Below, piece by piece: positions 1 to 7,464 of a stretch of 26,089 nucleotides of DNA. The position numbers and the translations under genes were made by a program. The first letter of the stretch is position 1; each line of letters starts with the position of its first letter. The stretch comes from a virus (Duplodnaviria > Caudoviricetes): positions 1-26,089 of the IMG/VR virus record IMGVR_UViG_3300017743_001539. One strand, 5' to 3'. Under the pieces are notes generated by a model, which was not told where the DNA came from, made no database searches, and was given only the letters and a program-made list of their open reading frames with translations.

Positions 1-3000
1 ACAGTTGATACAGGTGTAGGCACAGTTACCGGCGCGATAGATACTCGTACTGGTGAGATCCAAGATAATATCAATACACAATTCGATAACACGAACACAA
101 ACATGGATACTGGGTTCAGCAACCTCACTGACACAGTAAACACAAATGACGCTGTTCTGTTAGACGCTACGAATACAGGCTTCTCTAACACTAACGAAAA
201 TATTGATAACCTAGGCACTACTCTAGGGGATCAACTTACAGAAACATCTAGCAATGTCCTAACCGGGCAAGATGCTATTTCTGCATTGATTGAGAAGTAC
301 GGCGGCGACGCGGCTACTTACTATCAAGACTTGGCAAGAGGCCAAACAGCAATTCAAGAAAATCAAGGTACTATGCAGACAGCTTTCGATGGCTATCTAC
401 AAGACTTTGGTGATTACACTACCCTAGCCAACCAAACTCGTACTGACCTCGGCAACACTGTCGTAGGTGGTTTTGAGACTATGGGACAGGTTCTAGGCAA
501 CCAAGCACAAGCTAACGAAGCTGGGTTCTCTAGTGTAGGCGATCAGGTGGCTGGAGTATCCAGTGATGTAGCTGACGTAACATCCGATGTCGCATCAGCG
601 GCCGGGGATTCACAGACTAACTTTGGCGATATCGCCGCTTCTATCTCAGGAGTAGGCACAGACGTACAGGGCGTAGGAACAGCCGTAGGAGACGCGGCTA
701 GTGCGTCAGATACTAACTTTGGATCTATTGCTACGGATATTGCTTCCGGGTTTACTGACCAGAGTGCTGAAGGCGTACAACGTAAGCAGAGCTTTGTAGA
801 TACACTAACTTCTGTACAAGACATTCTACAGGCCGATACTGGCGCGTTAGACGCAACAGTAAAAGCTAACTACCAGAGCGTAGTAAGTTCATTCGATGAC
901 CAAGGTAACTTAATTACTGATACGGTAACGGCTGAAGGTACAACAATTACACGAGCCCTATCCGAGCAAGGTGATCTATTTATCGCTGAGTTTGATGCAA
1001 ACGGACAGCGTATTGCGCAACAAACATTAGACCTTAACTCATTACTCAACAACGTAAGCACGTTCGAGACTAACATGCAGGAGCAGTTCACAGGTATCTT
1101 CGGAGACTCTGAACTAGCGGCAGAAAGCCGACAGTCTATCCTCGATGCATTCACCATCACAGATGGATTGATTGGCGATGTTGGTGCGGGTGTAACATCC
1201 GAGCTTACTAGCAACTTCGATCTTCTTAACAATGCATTCGATGCACAAGGTAACTTCTTGGCAGACTCTATCGACGAGAATGGCAATACAATTACTCGTA
1301 CCTTGGATGAGAACGGAACACTTATCACGAAGAGCTTTGACTCAACTAACACTCTTATTGATGAGACTTCGCTCAATATCGGAGATATCTCTAGCCAGCT
1401 TAACAACATGCAAGTTGGTCTTGGTGATCAGCTAAGTACAGCATTCACTAGCCTTGCAAGTGGTAACGCGGATGCTAACGCTAATATCGTAAATATACTC
1501 GGTACTGTAGGTACTCAGATTGGAAACGTAGGTTCTGGACTGTCCAGCGAACTAAGTAATAACTTAGACACGTTAACTGCATCCTTCGATGCACAGGGCA
1601 ACTTGATCCGTGATGATATCGGCGCGAACGGTGAGACAATTACAAGAGAGCTAGATGCTCAGGGTAACTTAATCACTACAGCGATTGGAGTTAACGGTGA
1701 GGTTCTAAGCCAGACTTCAATAGATATCGCACAAGTAGCAACTGACCTTAATGGTGTTCAGGTAGGTCTTGGAGATCAGCTAACTTCAGCATTTGCTTCT
1801 CTATCAGGAGATAATGCTACAGCTAACGCCGCTCTAGCTACTACTCTGAATGGCATTGGGGTCACATTAGGTAATGTTGGATCTGGTTTATCTACAGAAC
1901 TAGCAAACAACTTCACAGAACTATCCTCTGCCTTTGACGCACAAGGTAACCTTATACAAGATAGCATTGGGGCGAATGGTGAATCCATTACTCGTGAAAT
2001 TGACGAGCAAGGAAACCTAATTACCACAGCTATTGGTGCGAATGGCGAAGTATTAAGTCAAAGCGCCGTAGATATCATGGATGTGTCTAACCAGTTGAAT
2101 GGTGTAGAGGCCGGTCTCGGTGACCAGCTTGCTTCAGCATTTACCGCTATTACAAGTGGCAGTGCAGACTCTAACCAAAATATCCTAGACACATTAGGAA
2201 ACATCACTGCTCAAGTAGGTGAAGTTGGCACGGGCATTCAATCAAGCCTAGCGCAGGACTTTGCTACACTGAAATCATCATTTGATGAGCAAGGTAACTT
2301 GATCAGAAGTGAGATTGACCAGAACGGCAACGAACTCCGTAGAGACCTAGACTCACAAGGTAACTTGATTACTACTGAACTTAGCTCAACAGGCGAAGTT
2401 ATTAGCCAAACCTCATTAAACATCGCGGATATCTCAACTCAGTTGAACGGAATGCAAGCGGGGCTTGGTGACACAATCACTACCGCCTTCACAGGTATCC
2501 AGAACTCTTCTGATGAACTACGAGCTAACCTAATCGGTAACCTAGACGGGTTGCGTAAAGTTATGGTTAACCAAGGTGACCAGATCGGTTCAGATCTACA
2601 AGAGAAGTTCATGGCCCTATCAAGCTCATTTGATGAGAATGGGGATCTGATACGATCATCCGTAGATGCTAATGGTGACTTTATCTTCCGTGAGCTTAAC
2701 GCTAATGGCGAACTAGTTATCAGCACAATTGATGATGCTACAGGACAGCTACTAGAGTCTGACTCATTTAATGCTAACCTTCTAACTACAGACTTTGACT
2801 CAAGGTTTAACACAGCCGATGAGTTCCTAAGAGCAATCGACGCTTCTATTATACAAGTTGGAGGCGACATAGACGCAGGACTTCTTGGAATGGCGTCCGG
2901 GCTTGAAGAAGGATTTACTAGCAGATTTGATGAGCTTAGTGATCAAGAACGTGCAGGAAGACAAGAGTTTAACAACCGTCTCCTACAGGTACGCGCACTA

Positions 3001-3357
3001 CTCGAAGAAGACGTGGCGGATCTAGATGATGGCCTACGCGGCCGTATGTCAGAACTGAGCAAAGCATTCGATGGTGAAGGCAAGTTAATTGCTAACGCAA
3101 TCGACGCTAATGGTAATATGCTCAAGCGTACTATCGACGATAGTGGGTCATTAGTTCTCAGCACATATAGCCGAATGAATGGTCAATTACTTGATCAACA
3201 AGCACTGGATATCAACCGTCTTATGAAAGAGATTTCAGCACGACGAGTGGTACAAGGTTCTAATGCAAGCATGGGAGGTCAGAGTCCCACAGCAGGAGCC
3301 CCGGCACCCGCATCGGTATACAGCGGTTTTGCCTCGCCATATGCCCAAACCTACTAA
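1..3357 (+). CDS. Large acidic repeat protein, putative virion fibre/structural protein (5'-truncated)
   Basis: Frame 1 is open from base 1 (TVDTGVGTVTGAIDTR...) to the TAA ending at 3357, so the true start lies upstream of the window. The protein is rich in D/N/T/S/G/A, carries seven internal repeats and lies just before the lysis genes. Confidence 0.6.
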   Translation, partial: TVDTGVGTVTGAIDTRTGEIQDNINTQFDNTNTNMDTGFSNLTDTVNTNDAVLLDATNTGFSNTNENIDNLGTTLGDQLTETSSNVLTGQDAISALIEKYGGDAATYYQDLARGQTAIQENQGTMQTAFDGYLQDFGDYTTLANQTRTDLGNTVVGGFETMGQVLGNQAQANEAGFSSVGDQVAGVSSDVADVTSDVASAAGDSQTNFGDIAASISGVGTDVQGVGTAVGDAASASDTNFGSIATDIASGFTDQSAEGVQRKQSFVDTLTSVQDILQADTGALDATVKANYQSVVSSFDDQGNLITDTVTAEGTTITRALSEQGDLFIAEFDANGQRIAQQTLDLNSLLNNVSTFETNMQEQFTGIFGDSELAAESRQSILDAFTITDGLIGDVGAGVTSELTSNFDLLNNAFDAQGNFLADSIDENGNTITRTLDENGTLITKSFDSTNTLIDETSLNIGDISSQLNNMQVGLGDQLSTAFTSLASGNADANANIVNILGTVGTQIGNVGSGLSSELSNNLDTLTASFDAQGNLIRDDIGANGETITRELDAQGNLITTAIGVNGEVLSQTSIDIAQVATDLNGVQVGLGDQLTSAFASLSGDNATANAALATTLNGIGVTLGNVGSGLSTELANNFTELSSAFDAQGNLIQDSIGANGESITREIDEQGNLITTAIGANGEVLSQSAVDIMDVSNQLNGVEAGLGDQLASAFTAITSGSADSNQNILDTLGNITAQVGEVGTGIQSSLAQDFATLKSSFDEQGNLIRSEIDQNGNELRRDLDSQGNLITTELSSTGEVISQTSLNIADISTQLNGMQAGLGDTITTAFTGIQNSSDELRANLIGNLDGLRKVMVNQGDQIGSDLQEKFMALSSSFDENGDLIRSSVDANGDFIFRELNANGELVISTIDDATGQLLESDSFNANLLTTDFDSRFNTADEFLRAIDASIIQVGGDIDAGLLGMASGLEEGFTSRFDELSDQERAGRQEFNNRLLQVRALLEEDVADLDDGLRGRMSELSKAFDGEGKLIANAIDANGNMLKRTIDDSGSLVLSTYSRMNGQLLDQQALDINRLMKEISARRVVQGSNASMGGQSPTAGAPAPASVYSGFASPYAQTY
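892..3230 (+). repeat. Seven degenerate ~116-aa (348-nt) tandem protein repeats
   Basis: The motif FD(A/E/D)QGNLI..(S/D)I..NG..I.R.LD.QG.L begins at 892, 1237, 1585, 1933, 2281, 2629 and 3067, giving spacings of 345, 348, 348, 348, 348 and 438 nt. Confidence 0.9.
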
Positions 3358-3366
3358 GGAGGGACT

Positions 3367-3636
3367 ATGGACGAAAATCAACGCCTTAGCCGTATTGAGG
3401 GCAAGCTGGATAAGCTATCGGACGCAGTTGTTGCATTAGCTAGAATGGAAGAAAGGATGGTTACTTTGTTCAATCGCATGAACAAGTACGAGGAAAAGCA
3501 GGACGAGTTGGAGGATAAGGTGGTCGATATTGTAAATAGAGTATCGACTAATGGACAAACATTACGCTTTGCGGAGCGTTTATTTTGGATAGCCGCATCT
3601 GCTGGCGTTTCATATTTATTTTGGACTATACGATGA
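3367..3636 (+). CDS. Putative holin-like (XhlA-like) membrane protein
   Basis: Strong SD (AAGGAGG). An N-terminal coiled coil (RLSRIEGKLDKLSDAVVALARMEE) precedes one C-terminal hydrophobic helix. ATGA overlap with the endolysin. Confidence 0.55.
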   Translation: MDENQRLSRIEGKLDKLSDAVVALARMEERMVTLFNRMNKYEEKQDELEDKVVDIVNRVSTNGQTLRFAERLFWIAASAGVSYLFWTIR

Positions 3637-4364
3637 CCCCAACAACTGTATCTCAAAACGGAATTAACCTAGTTAAAAAATTTGAAGGCTTACATAAAGT
3701 CACTGAAGACGGAATGGTAAGAGCCTATCGTTGCCCGGCAGGACGCTGGACAATTGGATGGGGACACTGCAAGGGCGTTAAGTCCGGTATGCGTGTCTCT
3801 GAAGAAGAGTGTACCAAGTTTCTTGTTGAAGATCTCAACGATGCTGGTGCAGTAGTTAAACGCTACGTTAGCGTACCTCTAAGCCAAGAGCAGTTCGATG
3901 CATTAGTGTCCTTCGTGTTCAATATCGGTGGTGGTGCTAACTTCCAAAACTCCACCCTTCTAAAGAAATTAAACCAAGGCTTATACGACGAAGTACCAGA
4001 GCAAATCATGCGCTGGAACAAGGCTAGAGTAGATGGCAATTTAAAGCCACTCAGAGGCCTTACACGACGCCGTACAGCAGAGGCGGCACTGTTCTCTATG
4101 AACGTAGCCCTAGCGGACGATGGTGGTGATCTCATGGCCCAGAAGCCAGAGCAAGCCGCACCTAAGCCTCTAAAGAAATCAAAGACACTAGCAGGAGCCG
4201 GTTTAGCTGGTGGTGCTGGTATCGCTACTGAGATAGCCGGGCAGTTACAGCCCCTAGTTGGTTACTCAGAGTCTATTAAATACATATTCTTGGCCGCATC
4301 CTTGGCTGGCGTGGCATTAGTCACATACGCTCGAATGAAGGATAGCAAAGAAGGCGTCCATTAA
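3633..4364 (+). CDS. Endolysin, GH24 phage lysozyme with a C-terminal hydrophobic (two-helix) extension
   Basis: Motifs FEGL...AYRCPAGRWTIGWGH, LSQEQFDALVSFVFNIG, STLLKKLN and GLTRRRTAEAALF. Start moved from the track's 3585 to the ATG at 3633, which overlaps the upstream stop (ATGA). Confidence 0.93.
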   Translation: MTPTTVSQNGINLVKKFEGLHKVTEDGMVRAYRCPAGRWTIGWGHCKGVKSGMRVSEEECTKFLVEDLNDAGAVVKRYVSVPLSQEQFDALVSFVFNIGGGANFQNSTLLKKLNQGLYDEVPEQIMRWNKARVDGNLKPLRGLTRRRTAEAALFSMNVALADDGGDLMAQKPEQAAPKPLKKSKTLAGAGLAGGAGIATEIAGQLQPLVGYSESIKYIFLAASLAGVALVTYARMKDSKEGVH

Positions 4365-4618
4365 TGTTCGGTATTTTTGGCAAAGTTAAAATCATGGTGG
4401 CCGGTATTGTGGCCGCTTTATTACCCATCCTTTACATAATCGGCCGTAGAGACGGAGCTAAAGTTGAAGAGGTTAAGCAAGTCAAAGCCTCTGCAAAAGC
4501 GGCAGAAGATCGGGCCGAATTTTACAAGGAGATGGAGACTACGAATAATGAAATTGAAAGCAATAAGCCTCGTACTAGGGATGACATTACTGACCGCTTG
4601 CGCAAGCACGGTCTATAA
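4364..4618 (+). CDS. Putative inner-membrane spanin (Rz-like)
   Basis: An N-terminal TM helix (IMVAGIVAALLPILYIIG) is followed by a charged helical domain. The gene follows the endolysin and overlaps a lipoprotein gene. Confidence 0.7.
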   Translation: MFGIFGKVKIMVAGIVAALLPILYIIGRRDGAKVEEVKQVKASAKAAEDRAEFYKEMETTNNEIESNKPRTRDDITDRLRKHGL

Positions 4619-4820
4619 GACTGAAGTAGAAGTCTACTGCCCCTCAATTAAAACATATTCAGAGGCTTTTAATAATCGTCTAGCAGACGAAATTGAAGAT
4701 CTACCCGCTGATAGCCAAGCTATCGGAGAGGCCATTTCCAATTACATCGTTCTCAGAGACAAGATTCGAGCTTGTGATGAACAGGCCGAGGAATTGAAGA
4801 GAAAACAAAACAATGATTGA
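4548..4820 (+). CDS. Putative outer-membrane lipoprotein spanin (Rz1-like)
   Basis: The ATG at 4548, with GGAG upstream, gives MKLKAISLVLGMTLLTA-C, a signal peptide with lipobox LTAC. Two further Cys residues. It overlaps the 3' end of the i-spanin in another frame. Confidence 0.75.
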   Translation: MKLKAISLVLGMTLLTACASTVYKTEVEVYCPSIKTYSEAFNNRLADEIEDLPADSQAIGEAISNYIVLRDKIRACDEQAEELKRKQNND

Positions 4821-6765
4821 TCCTACAAATGCAAAAGGCCTAGTCGGCAACCCAAACGCAGTACCTCCCGGGACAGCAGGAGTTAAACCATCCATGCCTG
4901 TCAAACAAACGAATGGTGGTAAACGTGAGAATATGGTTATGCCCGGCGGCCCTAGTGGAGATCCCGCTATGGTAATGCCCGGCAACCCTGCGGACACAGG
5001 AGTAAATGCCCCGGCCGGTAATTTTGTAGTAGCCAATTCATCAGTTGCAAACAACGCAGACTATGTCGGCGGCACTAACGTCACTGATATGACTACGGAC
5101 ATTGCTAATAACACTAGTGGGTTCATTGATGATCAAGGCGCTAATTTATCTGATCAAGTACCGGACATTGATGCTAACGCACCGGGAACTAACCTAGATG
5201 GTAGTGACTACGGCATGGATGCGGATGCGTTAAATCAATCCGTTGCTACCGGTGCCGTTGATACAGCTTCTGACGTTACTAAGCCTAATGAAGCAAGTGG
5301 ATATGACGCGGCAACTACAGCGGATCAAGTAGCGAATAACCTAGCTGATGCCGCTACGATGGAAACAAACGAAGATGCTATCGTAGACCCTGAAGGCATT
5401 GTCCTTGATCAACAAGGATTAGCAACAGGCGTCAACGAAGACGGATCTATTAACGAGACAGGCCTAGCACTTAATTCGTTTGCTCACCAGAACATCAGTA
5501 ACGTAATTGATACTAGTACAGTGGCTGGTAAATTACTTGCTCAGTCTCTCGGTGAAGGTAATTACTTAGATTCCAAGGCCACAGTAAAAGGCCAATTAGA
5601 AATTCTAACCGGGGAGTTTGTAGACCCGGTAACAGGTGAGCCCAAGATACCTACATGGGCCGCTGGTATTGCGCGTAACGTATCGCGCTCTATCGCATTT
5701 AAAGGCATTACAGGTACGGCCGCAACCGGTGCATTAGCACAGGCTATGATCGAGGCAACTCTGCCTATAGCTCAAGCGGACAGTCAGTTCTATCAAACAC
5801 TGACAGTAAAGAATTTAGATAACAAACAGCAGATGATCATCAACAAGGCTAACGTCTTGTCGAAGATGGAATTAGCTAACTTAGATGTTCGTACATCCTT
5901 GGCGGTAAACAACGCTAAGACGTTTATGCAGTACGACATGGCTAACCTAGCTAACGAACAGCAGACTGCGATCATTAACTCACAGTCTATGGTTCAATCT
6001 ATTCTAGAAGATGCAAACCAGACAAACGTAGCTCGTCGCTTTAACTCTGAACAACAGAATGACATGGACAAGTTTTACGATAATCTCGGCGCACAGATAG
6101 ACATGTATAATACTGGGCAAGTTAACCAGATGTCTATGTTTAACGCCGGTGAACAAAACGACATGAAGCAGTTTAATGCTCAGTTGGAAAATGGCCGTGA
6201 ACAATTCTATTTAGATATGCAGTATCAGGTAGATGCGGCGAACGCGGCGTGGCGTCAGACTGTAACTCTAACCGAAACAGAGATGGAGTTTAATGCGGCC
6301 GCTACGGACGTTAAAAACATTTTAAACCTAAGCTCTGAAGTAATGAACCAGTTATGGGATCGTACAGATTCACTCTTGGATTATGCATGGAGAGAAGGGG
6401 AAAATGCACTAGACCGCGAAGCAAACCTTGAGTTGGCTAAAATGCAATTAGAAGCGGCTAGATTACAAGCTAAAGCAACTAAGAAATCTGGAATGTTTGG
6501 CGCACTTGGCAGTGCTATAGGTGTGGCGGCCGGTATTGCACTCTCTGACAACAGAATGAAAAAGAATGTTACTGAGAAAGCTGAATTATCCAATGGAATT
6601 AAACTGTATAGTTGGGACTGGACAGACGAAGCTATCGAAAAAGGTTGGGGAGAAACACCGACTATTGGAGTCATTGCTCAACAGGTTCAGCAAGTTAAGC
6701 CAGAAAATGTTTACATGGATAAGGTGGGAGATTTGAGAGTCGATTACAGAGGTATTGAGCAATGA
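4813..6765 (+). CDS. Putative internal virion/DNA-ejection protein with a C-terminal peptidase-S74-like (intramolecular chaperone) domain
   Basis: N/Q/A-rich helical body, then a Gly/Ala hydrophobic segment, then SDNRMKKN...LYSWDW...GVIAQQVQ...V.....G.L.VDY, which is typical of S74 domains. Confidence 0.65.
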   Translation: MIDPTNAKGLVGNPNAVPPGTAGVKPSMPVKQTNGGKRENMVMPGGPSGDPAMVMPGNPADTGVNAPAGNFVVANSSVANNADYVGGTNVTDMTTDIANNTSGFIDDQGANLSDQVPDIDANAPGTNLDGSDYGMDADALNQSVATGAVDTASDVTKPNEASGYDAATTADQVANNLADAATMETNEDAIVDPEGIVLDQQGLATGVNEDGSINETGLALNSFAHQNISNVIDTSTVAGKLLAQSLGEGNYLDSKATVKGQLEILTGEFVDPVTGEPKIPTWAAGIARNVSRSIAFKGITGTAATGALAQAMIEATLPIAQADSQFYQTLTVKNLDNKQQMIINKANVLSKMELANLDVRTSLAVNNAKTFMQYDMANLANEQQTAIINSQSMVQSILEDANQTNVARRFNSEQQNDMDKFYDNLGAQIDMYNTGQVNQMSMFNAGEQNDMKQFNAQLENGREQFYLDMQYQVDAANAAWRQTVTLTETEMEFNAAATDVKNILNLSSEVMNQLWDRTDSLLDYAWREGENALDREANLELAKMQLEAARLQAKATKKSGMFGALGSAIGVAAGIALSDNRMKKNVTEKAELSNGIKLYSWDWTDEAIEKGWGETPTIGVIAQQVQQVKPENVYMDKVGDLRVDYRGIEQ

Positions 6766-6938
6766 CATTTGAAGAAGCAATAATTAAATCGGTCAAGGCC
6801 TACTTGGATGGAGAGATGCCCACAGAATTAGTGGGTACCTCCAAAGAGACCAAATACACCCCCGAATATTTTGATGAGTTAGAAGAAGAGCTTATGAAAG
6901 AACCGGCTAAAGAAAAAGAGGTAGAAGATGAAGAGTAG
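6762..6938 (+). CDS. Small acidic hypothetical protein (58 aa, absent from the ORF track)
   Basis: MTFEEAIIKSVKAYLDGEMPTELVGTSKETKYTPEYFDELEEELMKEPAKEKEVEDEE. ATGA overlap with the upstream stop and a GAGGT SD. It fills the gap and overlaps the next start. Confidence 0.75.
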   Translation: MTFEEAIIKSVKAYLDGEMPTELVGTSKETKYTPEYFDELEEELMKEPAKEKEVEDEE

Positions 6939-7464
6939 TCCTCAAACCCCCAACGCCCCAATACCCGGAGCTAATTACACCAGTGATACAAGAAATTACC
7001 CGTGGCATAGGCCCCCAGATATTACGGATATGGACAAAGCCATTGAATACGTCACCAAAGATTTAAACGATGGGCCTGATGGATTTAGGTATATGTCTAT
7101 GTTGGGTGCTGGAATACCCGTAACAATGGTTACTGACTTTATTGTCACCAAAGGTATAGGCCGGGGTAAGTGGGCTCCTGATCTAGGTATCTTAGCCGCA
7201 GGGCCAATTGCCCGCCTTCTCATGATTATGGCTAAAACATACAAAGTTGATTTCGAGATATCTGCGGATGAAGAAATACAATTCACAAGTGCAAGAACAT
7301 TAAGAGAACTTAGTGGTGAAGGATCTTTAACGCCCGTGGAACAAGAAAAAGAAACTGATGAAGAACCCAAAGGGTTTATGTCTGCGGCACCTGAAGAAGA
7401 GCAAAATTCAATGCTGGGTTACGGCGATGAAGAGGAACAACTGGAGGATTTAGAAGATGAGTAA
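6928..7464 (+). CDS. Hypothetical virion-module protein
   Basis: GAGGT SD, N-terminal APIPG...YPWHRPP motif and acidic C-terminus; coupled within the late operon. Confidence 0.7.
   Translation: MKSSPQTPNAPIPGANYTSDTRNYPWHRPPDITDMDKAIEYVTKDLNDGPDGFRYMSMLGAGIPVTMVTDFIVTKGIGRGKWAPDLGILAAGPIARLLMIMAKTYKVDFEISADEEIQFTSARTLRELSGEGSLTPVEQEKETDEEPKGFMSAAPEEEQNSMLGYGDEEEQLEDLEDE

Noticed and set aside
543-3164. Many antisense ORFs opposite the large + strand genes (also 10017-13301) and opposite the - strand genes
   Set aside because: They are shadow frames of real genes: Ser/Leu/Pro-rich, with no SD and no recognisable motifs.
892-3230. RHS/YD-repeat toxin interpretation of the DxxGNL motifs
   Set aside because: The motifs are FD/LD rather than YD, are interrupted by long helical segments, and there is no RHS core signature or toxin/immunity pair.
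3585-3632. N-terminal extension of the endolysin as a SAR or signal sequence
   Set aside because: It overlaps the upstream gene's TM-coding end; the ATGA-coupled start at 3633 is more plausible.
4464-4547. Longer o-spanin start given in the ORF track
   Set aside because: Only the 4548 start puts the lipobox at a normal signal-peptide distance and has an SD.
6310-6325. Consensus CtrA box GTTAA-N7-TTAA
   Set aside because: It lies deep inside a CDS with no adjacent promoter and is treated as a chance match.
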